Shown here: one piece after another, positions 38,057 to 48,149 of the stretch | How the letters are laid out: each line of letters opens with the position of its first letter | How positions within the stretch are numbered: the stretch's first letter is position 1 | NCBI GenBank assembly: GCA_030603365.1 | Contig: JAUVXV010000011.1 | Span: 64,001 to 128,000 of the forward strand | Source of the DNA: Candidatus Heimdallarchaeota archaeon | GTDB lineage: Archaea; Asgardarchaeota; Heimdallarchaeia; Heimdallarchaeales; Heimdallarchaeaceae | Direction: 5' to 3' | Length of the DNA: 64,000 nucleotides | Made by a program: the position numbers and the translations under genes | The notes under the pieces: model-generated | What the model saw: only the letters and a program-made list of their open reading frames with translations | Databases searched by the model: none | Told to the model about the DNA's origin: nothing

Positions 38057-39100
38057 CTATCTTTTTCTCCTTCTTATTTTCAAGATTAGTGGTAAAGCGA
38101 ATGCTGTAAGAGTTATAAGTATAAATTCAATAGAAAGATTATTTGTCGTAGGTGAGGTAGGATAGGTGGGAGGGTCTGTACATTCAAAGCTTCTGTTTAG
38201 AGGATACATATCGAAAGAATCTGCAGTCCCATCAAGCTCATAAATACAATTTTGTTCAATATCAGACCAGTAATTTCCATATTGAGATACAATTTCAAAC
38301 CAGGTGTTATTTTCACCACTATCATATGCTTGTGCTTCAAAAAGTCCCGCATTATCAACAAAATTATTGAAAAATACCAGTACATCGTAAGTATTAGAAG
38401 AAAGAAACACTCCGTAAACTATATTTTCTTCTAGAAGATTAAATTTAATCACACTAGTATGTGTATAATGAAACTTTATTCCATCCATCAAGTTCCTAAA
38501 AATAGTATTGTTTTCAAGAGTAATCCATTGACAATTATAGCAATCTATTCCCCAAAAAAAACTGTTCGCAATGTAGTTGTTGGAAATATCTAATCCATAA
38601 GAATTGAAGGCATAAATCCCTCTTGTATTGAAAATAAAGGTATTATTGACAATATCCATGAATCCACAGCGATTAAGATAAAGACCAAAATAATTTGCTT
38701 CACAAGTGTTATTTATTACAGAAGCTAGATCATCAGCATCTTCAAGGTATATTGCATAGGTGGATGTATTGTAATATAAACTAATGTAACAGTTTCTGAT
38801 TATATAAAAAACGCTAATACAACAAATCTTGATTCCATATTCTGATTCACCAGTTATGCTATAATTTTCAATGGTGTAAGGATTAGTTGAAGAACCGTTT
38901 CCAGAAAAACCATAAGTGACAAAATCATCATTGGAATTGATAATAATAGGATCATGTTCAACATAATTTATATTCAAGATTTCTTTTGTAACTTCGCTAC
39001 TATCAGATGCTAAAGAGTTGTATGAATTTAGATTAAAATATGATAACACAATTAGACCGATACACAAAACAAGGAAAACATTTCGTTTTATTTTACCCAT
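38057..39100 (-). CDS. Secreted parallel beta-helix (NosD-like) protein with C-terminal anchor
   Basis: Same N-cap (DFVTYGFSGNGS..NPY.IEN) and C-cap (QAYD..GNYW..DMYPL) as 28761..30167. Confidence 0.85.
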   Translation of the reverse strand: MGKIKRNVFLVLCIGLIVLSYFNLNSYNSLASDSSEVTKEILNINYVEHDPIIINSNDDFVTYGFSGNGSSTNPYTIENYSITGESEYGIKICCISVFYIIRNCYISLYYNTSTYAIYLEDADDLASVINNTCEANYFGLYLNRCGFMDIVNNTFIFNTRGIYAFNSYGLDISNNYIANSFFWGIDCYNCQWITLENNTIFRNLMDGIKFHYTHTSVIKFNLLEENIVYGVFLSSNTYDVLVFFNNFVDNAGLFEAQAYDSGENNTWFEIVSQYGNYWSDIEQNCIYELDGTADSFDMYPLNRSFECTDPPTYPTSPTTNNLSIEFILITLTAFALPLILKIRRRKR

Positions 39101-39243
39101 TACTACACCTTAGAATAACAATCTACAACAGCTATAAAAATATAGAGAAAAAAAAGTGAGCAAGCTAACTTCTTCATCAGTTGGTTAGTTAACTCACTTT
39201 CTGTAAAAGAAATGGAGAAGACTTAAGATGGAAAAGAGTTTTA

Positions 39244-39318
39244 AACAAAAAGAGAAAAGTTGACTGCTATGGGGAAAGAAGAGGAAGAACCTGCTTTGGA
39301 AGAATTGCTGAAAAAACT
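39244..39318 (+). repeat. Dispersed intergenic repeat, copy 1 (others at 56142-56213 and 58813-58880)
   Basis: The core ct(atg/aca)ggg..gaagaggaagaacct..ttt.gaagaattg..aaaaact is shared by three loci. Confidence 0.8.
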
Positions 39319-39553
39319 CTGAAGAAGCTAGAAGAACAAGGGAGATATCCAAGGGTATGGAAATAGCACAGAGCAAGAACTAGAACATTCGTGGGAAGTA
39401 TTACTAAAATGCAAGTTACGCTACCGGAAAATAACCAAAACCATATTTAAACTCGAGAATCATATATAAATGTAAGAAAAAAACAAAAGATTAAATTCTG
39501 TCTTATTCGTTATATCAACATTCTATTGGATGGGTCTGAAGAATCAGCTTTAA

Positions 39554-40915
39554 TTATGAATATTGAATTCTACAGCCATTTCTTCTAAGGTATTCGAAAT
39601 GATCTACTAAAGTATTAGAGTAATCAGTAACCCCACAGTTTTTCAAATAAAGGATTTTTAATGAAGTGAGTTTCTCAAAAGTTATAGGGAGTTTTGATAT
39701 ATTATTATTACCAATATATAACTCTATCAAGGAAGATAAGTTTCCGATAGTTGCAGGTAGACGAACTAATTTGTTATTATCTACATATAAGACTTGTAAA
39801 GAAGTTAAATTACCCAAAGATTGAGGAAGTTGAGAGATTTCGTTATCAGAAACCATAAGATTCTCTAATGAGCTTAATTTACCTATTGAATCTGGAATTG
39901 TCGACAATCTATTGTCATAAATTAACAACTCTCTAAGTGAACTTAGTTTTACTATAGAATCAGGAATTGAAGTTAATTTATTCTTTCTAAGATTAAGTTC
40001 CTCAAGAGAAGTTAAATTTGCGATAGAATCAGGTATTCGTGTTAAATAATTATTGTCAAAATGTAGTTCTTTTAGTGTTTTAATTTCCATAATAATTTTT
40101 GGAAAAACTGAAAATTGATTATAACTCAAATAAAGTTTTTCGAGATTTGGAAGATTGGATGGAAGACTATCAAGTTTGTTAAAAGCCAGACTTAGTTCTT
40201 TTAATTTAGTTAAGTTTTCAATTGATTGTGGCAATTTTGTTAGATTGTTATTATAATAGTATAGTTGTTCAAGATTGATTAAATTCTCTATTGATTTTGG
40301 CAAATTTCCAAAACTAGTCCCTCCTATAACTAGCGCTTTTAACCAAGTCATCTCTGTAATAAAATCAGGAAATTTCTTTGTAGGATAGAGAGTCAACTGA
40401 AGCTTTCCTAAAGACGTTAATTTTTTTATTGAATCTGAGAAGTTTATGTATTCTTCACTCCCGATCTCTAAAGATTTTAACCAAGACATCTCAGCTATTA
40501 TTTCAGGGAATTTTTCTATAGGATTATTGTAGAGAGTTAGGTCTTCTAAAGAAGTCAAATTTTTTATTGAATCGGGGAGAATTGAAATGTTATTGGAATT
40601 TAAAATTAAAGTCTTAAGAGTTGTTATTTCAGTGATTAATCCAGGAAGCAATGTAAATTGATTATTTGATAAATCAAGAGTCCTTAAGAATTTAAAATTC
40701 TTAAATTCTGGAGGTAATTGTTTTAGGTTTTCATGGCACAGACTTAATTCTACTACATGATTATCTTCTGCAATAAAACCTGAATTAATCGTACTTAATT
40801 TATCTACAGAATCTAATGTGTGACCAAGCTGGTTTTCCAATAATTGCATTACCTCATGGTCTGAACTAATTAATGGAGTTTCATGATAAATAATTGTAGA
40901 TTCATCATCAGTCAT
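39554..40915 (-). CDS. Leucine-rich repeat protein
   Basis: Many 23-aa LxxLxLxxNxLxxLPxSIxxL repeats. Confidence 0.93.
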   Translation of the reverse strand: MTDDESTIIYHETPLISSDHEVMQLLENQLGHTLDSVDKLSTINSGFIAEDNHVVELSLCHENLKQLPPEFKNFKFLRTLDLSNNQFTLLPGLITEITTLKTLILNSNNISILPDSIKNLTSLEDLTLYNNPIEKFPEIIAEMSWLKSLEIGSEEYINFSDSIKKLTSLGKLQLTLYPTKKFPDFITEMTWLKALVIGGTSFGNLPKSIENLINLEQLYYYNNNLTKLPQSIENLTKLKELSLAFNKLDSLPSNLPNLEKLYLSYNQFSVFPKIIMEIKTLKELHFDNNYLTRIPDSIANLTSLEELNLRKNKLTSIPDSIVKLSSLRELLIYDNRLSTIPDSIGKLSSLENLMVSDNEISQLPQSLGNLTSLQVLYVDNNKLVRLPATIGNLSSLIELYIGNNNISKLPITFEKLTSLKILYLKNCGVTDYSNTLVDHFEYLRRNGCRIQYS

Positions 40916-41067
40916 ATAGTTGAAATTTCATTTTATCTATTAAAGTTTTATTGATTATTTTGAAACAGAATTTAGAATTTAAAGTAATTCAATCAGAAGT
41001 ATATTTGGTGATGGAATTAACTGAATTATTGTCATGGAAATGTAAAAAGAAATAAAAGAAGAAGAAA

Positions 41068-42021
41068 TTAGTAAGAAATACCTAGTTTCTTACTTACACC
41101 GTCTAACATTTCTATAACCATTTTGTCAAATGGAAACTCAGGATCCCAACCCCATTCTTCACGAGCAACACTATCATCAAGACTTTGTGGCCATGAACGA
41201 GCAATTGCGTCACGGAAGTCAGGTTTGTAGGTGATTTCAAAGTCTGATATATATTCCTTGATTGCATTTGCCAGTTCTTCTGGAGTGAAACTCATTCCAG
41301 TTACATTGTATGCTCGGTGTTGAAGTTTATCCTCGGGAGCTTCAATTAAATCGAAAGTAGATTTGAGACAATCAGACATCATCATCATAGGTAGTCTCAC
41401 GTCGCTTCCTAAGAAACATTCATACTTCTTGTTCTTTAGTGCTTCATAAAAAATCCAAATTGCATAATCTGTAGTTCCACCACCCGGTTCTTCGGGGCTT
41501 AGAACACCAGGATATCGTAAGCTTCTGAAATTTAAGTCATACTTCTGGTTATAGTAATTACCCATGAGTTCAACATAAACTTTGGAAATACCATAGATAC
41601 TAGTTGGTTCCATTATTGTAGTATTTGGAGTATTCACTAATGGTGTAGTTGGTCCAAATGCAGCAATAGATGAAGGTGCAAACAGCTGTTCTAAATTTAA
41701 TTCTCTAGTTGCTTCTAATGCATTGTAAAATCCTTCAAAATTGATTGAATGAGCTAATTGAGGATTTCTTTCTCCAGTAGCTGATAAAACGGAAGCATTG
41801 TGTATAAGAACATCAACATCATATTCGACTAATAAACTTCTAAGACCATACTGATCTCTTATATCAAGCCGTCTATAAATTACATCTAATTCCTTGAAAA
41901 CAGGATTAATTTTCTTTCTTCCAGTTGCAATAACATTTTCTTTTCCATATCGTTTTAACATGGCTGGAATAAGATCCATGCCTATTTGTCCATACGAACC
42001 AGTGACAAGATATCTTTTCAT
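41068..42021 (-). CDS. L-threonine 3-dehydrogenase, SDR type
   Basis: TGSYGQIG, LSATGE, PSSIAAFG, YGISK, LRYPG and PGGGTTDYA. Confidence 0.88.
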   Translation of the reverse strand: MKRYLVTGSYGQIGMDLIPAMLKRYGKENVIATGRKKINPVFKELDVIYRRLDIRDQYGLRSLLVEYDVDVLIHNASVLSATGERNPQLAHSINFEGFYNALEATRELNLEQLFAPSSIAAFGPTTPLVNTPNTTIMEPTSIYGISKVYVELMGNYYNQKYDLNFRSLRYPGVLSPEEPGGGTTDYAIWIFYEALKNKKYECFLGSDVRLPMMMMSDCLKSTFDLIEAPEDKLQHRAYNVTGMSFTPEELANAIKEYISDFEITYKPDFRDAIARSWPQSLDDSVAREEWGWDPEFPFDKMVIEMLDGVSKKLGISY

Positions 42022-42114
42022 AGAAAACAGAGAAAAAGGTAATTTTAAAAATTTATTGCAATGGTATTAGAAATTAAGGTTCAGAAAAAACAAAAAAGAA
42101 AAAAAGTGAAGAGA

Positions 42115-44874
42115 TTAGTGAGTTAGTTTCCTTTTCCTTCTAAGTGCTAAATACAATGCTGCAGAAAGAGCTCCTAGAATTGGTAACAAAGATATAGCAC
42201 TAAATTCGGGTATAATAGGTTCCTCAATCTTCCACCAACAATCCACTGTTTCAACAATTCCAGTGACGAGATCAGTAACTATGAAGTAAACATCATACCA
42301 ACCTTCGTTCGCGAATACCCAGTAGACATAGAAATCATACGTTGTCATGGCTAGTACCAATTTCGTTTCATCATAAGCTATCCATGAGTCACTTCCTTGA
42401 ACTATTTTTACTACAAGATTTAGATTTTTGTCTATTGAATAGAGATTACCTACTCCAAATTGCATAGTGTAGTTTACTCCTACTTCTCCATAGTAACCTT
42501 GTTCAATCCATATGTCTAACCAACCATCATCGTGGATATACCAACGACATTCGGTTGTCCAGACATTTCCTGTTTGTAGTTCAACTACTACAAAGTAGAT
42601 ATGGAATATTCCTGGATTCATGAAGATATAACTAAGGTTCCACAGAAGTAATTGATAAGATAGTAAAACCAAGGAATTTGAATATAGTATTACAACTCCG
42701 TAACCCGTGTCTATTCTTACTTCTACAAAGATTGGAACATCATAACCATAGTAACTCTGTGCGTAAAATTCCATCCACACCTCTTGTCCTACAATTGCTT
42801 CATAGTCTTGAATTATCCAAACATCAATGAATCCATCGTAGATATACCATCGACAGTATTCATACCAATGAAAACCTGTTGTATTGTCTATCACAATCAA
42901 GGTTATTGTGAACCATCCTGCGTATAAGAAGGTATATGGTATTATGATTGTGTAGATACCATTAGCTGGGATTATCACAACATCAGTATTAACCAATATT
43001 GTATCCGTTCCATCACTTATCCATACTTCAACTGTCAAATCCATTTCAATAGAGTAATAGTTTACTATCCAAAATTCCATTAGGACTTCTTCACCAATTG
43101 AAGCTTCTAAATCTTGGACAATCCAGATGTCAAGATATTCTGCATAGATGTACCACCAACAATATTCAATCCAGACTAGTCCCGTATCTAGTTCCGTCAC
43201 GATAAGAATTACATCATAGTAGCCTACCACTTCAAATAGGTGCCATAGTTCAAAGACAAAGAATCCTAGTGCATCTACAAGTATAATTTCATAGAAGAGT
43301 TGAATATAATCTACTCCATCGAAAATGAGTACTTCAATACCTACAGTCTTCTCTACAGCGAAGAAATTGTATATCTCAAACATCATCCAAAGTTCTTCAT
43401 ATAGTAATCCATAGTATTCTTGGTAAATATAGAGATCAAAATATCCCCAATAAACATACCAATAGCAATAATCAACATATATCATTTCAGAGAATATATC
43501 GATTACAACTAGTTTTACATCCCAATAATCTGCATAAAGGAACGTCCAAAATACTGTGAAATCATACACTTCCCCAGGAACGAGTACCTTAGTCTCTCCA
43601 TATATCAATATGCTATGCGTTGCATTACTTATCCACACTTCAATAGCGATATCTCGATCAACTGCATAATTACTTACAACCCAACAATACATGATCGCTT
43701 CTTCAAGAACGAAAACTTCGAATTGTTGGTAGATCCAAACATCTATGAAACCTCCATAGATAATCCATCCTTCTGGACAATATTCAATCCATGTAAGATC
43801 CAATTCATAAACAAATACTTCAACATAGAGTTCCCAGAATCCTTCATAGATGAATGTATAGAAGATTTCCTCCATAAAGTAACTCCCAGCATTTATCGTC
43901 ACAAGAACGTTGAAATATAGCTCGAAAGTATGTGTTCCGTTCGTAATCCATACAGAAATATCGAGAGTCAGATCCACAGAATAGTAATTATAAACCCAAA
44001 TCTGTATTCTTTCTTCAACAAAGACCCAAGCTTCAAAGTTTTGCTCAATTACAATATCAATGAAACCATCATAGACTTCCCAGTAGCAATAAGCAAACCA
44101 TTCGTTTTGGTCAATTATATCGGTAACTCTGAGAATTACATCATAGTGTCCTGATGCCGCAAAGGTCCAATAGACTATTATTATCAGAACATCATATGCA
44201 TTAATAACCGTTGTTTCATCATGTATTAGTGTTGGACCTGTACCATCATCTAGAAATACTTCAATGTAAAACTCTTTATCTATTGCATATCCATTATAGA
44301 TATAAATTTCTATTTTGACTTCTATTCCAATTTGAGCTTCGTAGTCTTGAATAATAGCTAATTCTAAATAGCCATCAATAACTTCCCATTGGCACTCAGT
44401 TGTAACCTCTGTTTGATTTATTAAATCCATTACTTTGAGATTAACTAAATGGAATCCCACTAATGTGAAAGCATGAGTTACAATAAATGTATATTCTAAG
44501 TAAGGATAGAGCACTCTTGATTCTTGATAGATGAGAAAAACACTACCGTTATCATATTGAATCCATACTTCTATATCTACATCAAGTTCAATTGCATAAA
44601 GACTTAGCACATGACATTCTATCAATGCTAAATCATATACCGTTATCACAAAATCTTGCACAATCCAGATGTCAATTGTATCTTCCCTGTCTTTCAACTC
44701 TGCTTGATCTTGTGCCGGTTCAGTTGCTACTTGTTGCACTTCTTGATTAGAGGGATTAGGATTAGAATTTAATGCTTGTGCAGCTTGATTAGAACCCCCA
44801 ATCATAGAAAATGTCAAAAGTAGAATAATGAATGTTGTTTTCATTAACTTTTCTCTGTTCATTTTAAAGCACAC
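42115..44874 (-). CDS. Cell-surface protein: signal peptide, 8 tandem ~102-aa Ig/CARDB-like repeats, PEF-CTERM anchor
   Basis: Eight alignable repeats over aa 66-885. C-terminus is IPEF + TM helix + RRKRK. Confidence 0.85.
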   Translation of the reverse strand: MCFKMNREKLMKTTFIILLLTFSMIGGSNQAAQALNSNPNPSNQEVQQVATEPAQDQAELKDREDTIDIWIVQDFVITVYDLALIECHVLSLYAIELDVDIEVWIQYDNGSVFLIYQESRVLYPYLEYTFIVTHAFTLVGFHLVNLKVMDLINQTEVTTECQWEVIDGYLELAIIQDYEAQIGIEVKIEIYIYNGYAIDKEFYIEVFLDDGTGPTLIHDETTVINAYDVLIIIVYWTFAASGHYDVILRVTDIIDQNEWFAYCYWEVYDGFIDIVIEQNFEAWVFVEERIQIWVYNYYSVDLTLDISVWITNGTHTFELYFNVLVTINAGSYFMEEIFYTFIYEGFWELYVEVFVYELDLTWIEYCPEGWIIYGGFIDVWIYQQFEVFVLEEAIMYCWVVSNYAVDRDIAIEVWISNATHSILIYGETKVLVPGEVYDFTVFWTFLYADYWDVKLVVIDIFSEMIYVDYCYWYVYWGYFDLYIYQEYYGLLYEELWMMFEIYNFFAVEKTVGIEVLIFDGVDYIQLFYEIILVDALGFFVFELWHLFEVVGYYDVILIVTELDTGLVWIEYCWWYIYAEYLDIWIVQDLEASIGEEVLMEFWIVNYYSIEMDLTVEVWISDGTDTILVNTDVVIIPANGIYTIIIPYTFLYAGWFTITLIVIDNTTGFHWYEYCRWYIYDGFIDVWIIQDYEAIVGQEVWMEFYAQSYYGYDVPIFVEVRIDTGYGVVILYSNSLVLLSYQLLLWNLSYIFMNPGIFHIYFVVVELQTGNVWTTECRWYIHDDGWLDIWIEQGYYGEVGVNYTMQFGVGNLYSIDKNLNLVVKIVQGSDSWIAYDETKLVLAMTTYDFYVYWVFANEGWYDVYFIVTDLVTGIVETVDCWWKIEEPIIPEFSAISLLPILGALSAALYLALRRKRKLTH

Positions 44875-45191
44875 CCGTTTAGCGAGTATAGCATACTATA
44901 TTAAAATAGCATATATATCTCTTTCCTCAAACTAAACGCTTTGTAAAGACCGACAAAAATGAATATAGTTTAAGAGTACCACAGTCTAAAAACTCGAAGA
45001 ACTAGCTAGAAACAGGTTAATTTCCTCTAAATATAGTTCACGTTATTTCTTAACTAAACACTGTTCATTTAAATAAAATTACAATCATTATCTTCTTTCT
45101 TCACTTTATTTGTATAAAAAACAATAAAAAAATTAAAAAAGACTTCGAATATAATATCAAATGTTAGGTAAATGTTTATAGACTTAGGAAG

Positions 45192-46157
45192 ATGGGAGTG
45201 TTCAGGTTGAGAAATGCAAAACAATCACAGATTTTGAAATTCAATAAGAAGGGCATTCCACTTGTGATAATAGGCTTACCTCAAGGAGGAAAATCTACTT
45301 TTGTAAAACGTGTTAAAACAGGAGAATTCTTTGAAACTCGTGCTACCATGGGTATGCAATTTGAAACAGCTGAAATTGGAGATATACGTTTTGACATTTT
45401 TGATTTGGGTGGACATAAATCATATCGAAAAACAATTTGGCAAACATACACAAAACTTGCTTATGGGTTAATTTTCATTATCGACTCAGCAAATCCTGAA
45501 ACTTTTGATCTTGCAAAAAAAGAGTTCTGGAGAAGTATTGATTTAAAAGGAGACCAAGATGAATTCATCATTCTATTCCTCTGCAATAAATCTGATTTAG
45601 ATGAAAGTGTTGATTTAGAAACCATCATCAATCATATGGAACTCTATAAGTTAGTCGAAAAAGAAAATGCTTCTTTTCAATTTTTCAAAACCAGTATGAA
45701 GACTGGGGAAAATGTTGATGCAACACTTAAATGGTTAGTTAGCAATACTTCAAGAATTGTACAAAAACGCACTATACATCCTCAAATGTTCATGCTTGCA
45801 GATTTAGAAGGTTTTCCAATCTTAGAGATAGATAAAATGGACTTAGAAGAAGATCCTTCACTTATGGCTGGATTCCTGTCTGCAATTGAGAGTTTTAGTC
45901 AGAAACTGTTTGGCAAAACAGGAATCCTACAATTCATGCAATCGGGGGATTACAAATATATAGTAAAAACTGATGACAAATTCATTTATTCCTTAATTAT
46001 AAAGATGGACGAATGTCAGGAAGAGGCGAGAAGATTAATTGAAATTGTTAGCGAGAATGTCTATAACATGGAGAATTTTGGTATACTGGAAGGGATAATT
46101 ACTCAATTATTAAACATAGATCCGTCTGAGTATGTTTTAAGAAAAGGTTTTATTTGA
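45192..46157 (+). CDS. Arf/Sar-related small GTPase fused to a C-terminal longin-like domain
   Basis: G1 GLPQGGKST, G2 TMG, G3 DLGGH, G4 NKSD and G5 TSMK. The C-terminal region contains DPSLMAGFLSAIESFSQKLFG. Confidence 0.88.
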   Translation: MGVFRLRNAKQSQILKFNKKGIPLVIIGLPQGGKSTFVKRVKTGEFFETRATMGMQFETAEIGDIRFDIFDLGGHKSYRKTIWQTYTKLAYGLIFIIDSANPETFDLAKKEFWRSIDLKGDQDEFIILFLCNKSDLDESVDLETIINHMELYKLVEKENASFQFFKTSMKTGENVDATLKWLVSNTSRIVQKRTIHPQMFMLADLEGFPILEIDKMDLEEDPSLMAGFLSAIESFSQKLFGKTGILQFMQSGDYKYIVKTDDKFIYSLIIKMDECQEEARRLIEIVSENVYNMENFGILEGIITQLLNIDPSEYVLRKGFI

Positions 46158-46182
46158 AGCAGAAAGAAAAGCATAAAAGCTC

Positions 46183-47577
46183 TTGAGATACATCACCTTT
46201 AGAGCTATGGTAAAGGAATTCTTTTATCCCAAGACAATTGCAGTAATAGGAGCAACAGCTGATCCTAAGAAATTTGGTAATGCAGTTACTGTAAATCTAC
46301 TAGAAAATGACCAATTAGAGAGTGAGATTTTTCCAATTAATCCTAAATCTACAGAAATACTAGGCTTGAAAAGTTATTCATCTATTCTAGAAGTAGATAA
46401 GGAGGTTGATTTAGCGATTCTTCTAGTTCCTTCAAAAGCTGTATCACTAGTAGTAGATCAGTGTATAGAAAAACTAGTTAAAAGAATAATCATTGTATCA
46501 GCTGGTTTTGGAGAGATTAACGAGGAAGGAAAGAAAATAGAGCAAGAAATGACCAACAAAGCTCATGAAAAAGGGATAAGAATCATTGGTCCAAATTGTG
46601 TTGGTATAATGAACGTAGATTTAGGAATGAATGCTTCGTTTGTTCTAACCCCACCAAAAGGTAATGTAAGCATTGTAACACAATCGGGCAGTTTTGGAGC
46701 AGCATGCTTGTATGACATGAAATGGCAAGGATTAGGGTTCTCTAAATTTGCTAATCTTGGGAATATGGCAGATATAAATTTAACTGATGTACTTGAATTC
46801 TTTAAAGAGGATGAGAACTCCAAAGTTGTTTGTATATATCTAGAAAATGTTGTGGATGGAAGAAAATTCTATGAAACAATGAAAGAAGTATCAAAGACAA
46901 AACCTACAATCATATTGAAGGGAGGAAGAACAGCTTATGGAGCATCAGCAGCTGCTAGTCATACAGGTTCTATTGCAACAGATTATAGTTCTCTCAAAGC
47001 TGCTATCAAACAATCTGGTGCGACATTATGTGAAAGTATGAGTGACTATGTTGCTGCTATCAAAGCGTTTTCATTCTTACCTTTACCTGATGGGAACAGA
47101 GTAGGAATTCTTACTAATAGTGGAGGAAGCGCAGTTTTATTCAGTGATTATGCTGAAGAATACGGGTTAGAACTAGCAGATTTTTCAAAAGGATTCAAAG
47201 AAAAAATCGCCCCTTACATCATACCTTTGGTAAAGAAAGTCAATCCCTTAGATTTGATAGCTGGTGCAAATGGTGAAACATATTATCAAGTTACAAAAGC
47301 AATGCTTGAGGATCCTAATATCGACATTGTTGTCCCTTGTGCTGTTATTCCTACATTCTTAGGAATGACTTTAGATGAACATTACTCAGGAGTCATAAGA
47401 GCGTGGAATGAAACAGTTAGAAAGAAACCTATCATACCAATTTTCCTGAGTGGAGAACTACTTGAAAAAACAAAAGAATTAGCTGAAAAAGAACAGGCAC
47501 CAGTATTTATGTCACCTAGAGAAGCTGCATTTGCAGTAAAAGTTTTGATAGATAGAATGAAAAAACTTCAGAAGTAG
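46183..47577 (+). CDS. acdA: ADP-forming acyl-CoA synthetase alpha subunit
   Basis: IAVIGAT, IIGPNCVG, TQSG, phospho-His ASHTG, TNSGG and NPLD. Confidence 0.88.
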   Translation: MRYITFRAMVKEFFYPKTIAVIGATADPKKFGNAVTVNLLENDQLESEIFPINPKSTEILGLKSYSSILEVDKEVDLAILLVPSKAVSLVVDQCIEKLVKRIIIVSAGFGEINEEGKKIEQEMTNKAHEKGIRIIGPNCVGIMNVDLGMNASFVLTPPKGNVSIVTQSGSFGAACLYDMKWQGLGFSKFANLGNMADINLTDVLEFFKEDENSKVVCIYLENVVDGRKFYETMKEVSKTKPTIILKGGRTAYGASAAASHTGSIATDYSSLKAAIKQSGATLCESMSDYVAAIKAFSFLPLPDGNRVGILTNSGGSAVLFSDYAEEYGLELADFSKGFKEKIAPYIIPLVKKVNPLDLIAGANGETYYQVTKAMLEDPNIDIVVPCAVIPTFLGMTLDEHYSGVIRAWNETVRKKPIIPIFLSGELLEKTKELAEKEQAPVFMSPREAAFAVKVLIDRMKKLQK

Positions 47578-47813
47578 GATCGAAGTATCATCTCTTTCAC
47601 TTTTTCAGCATCGTCAGTATATCTAGGATTAAGTTCCTTTCTGCGTTTCATGAAAGAGTCTAAGTCCTCAACTTCTTTGATATAACCCCTCTCCAATAGC
47701 TTCAGTGTGGATAAAAGCAAGGTTATGCTTATTTTGTCTTCTAAGCATTTGTGAATTAATGGAATGGAACGCTCGAAAACTTTGTTGTTACGCATTTTGT
47801 CGGAAGCTACCAT
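47568..47813 (-). CDS. Small hypothetical protein
   Basis: 81-aa ORF with coding-like composition and a short convergent overlap with acdA. Confidence 0.55.
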   Translation of the reverse strand: MVASDKMRNNKVFERSIPLIHKCLEDKISITLLLSTLKLLERGYIKEVEDLDSFMKRRKELNPRYTDDAEKVKEMILRSYF

Positions 47814-47906
47814 TATAAGACCAATAGGATTATGATATTTAAAGATGTGTCAGACTAAATTATTACCCCCCGAACATCAAAATGATGGAAAAATTAACCT
47901 AAATGA

Positions 47907-48149
47907 CTAATTAATATTACTCAAATCTTGTATAGATCTATTTTCTAGAAATTTGTATCCTAACATATAGAACAAAGCAAATGAGAAGCAGAGAATAACA
48001 AAAACTACCCCCCATATTTCTACAGGCCAAGCACCAGTTTGAAGCTCTATATATCTAAACAAAAAAATAACTCCTACTGATAATGCACCAGTAAGAAGGC
48101 TTGCTAATGGTGCAAGGATAAAAACGGTCTTTTTTGGATTTCTACTCAC
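47907..48149 (-). CDS. Small two-TM protein
   Basis: Two hydrophobic helices. Its start overlaps the upstream stop. Confidence 0.7.
   Translation of the reverse strand: MSRNPKKTVFILAPLASLLTGALSVGVIFLFRYIELQTGAWPVEIWGVVFVILCFSFALFYMLGYKFLENRSIQDLSNIN

Noticed and set aside
42115-44874. Diversity-generating retroelement target
   Set aside because: No reverse transcriptase and no template/variable repeat pair differing only at adenines were found in the window.
45192-45212. N-myristoylation of the GTPase (MG start)
   Set aside because: Archaea have no known N-myristoyltransferase, the MGxxxS consensus is not met, and the start codon is uncertain.
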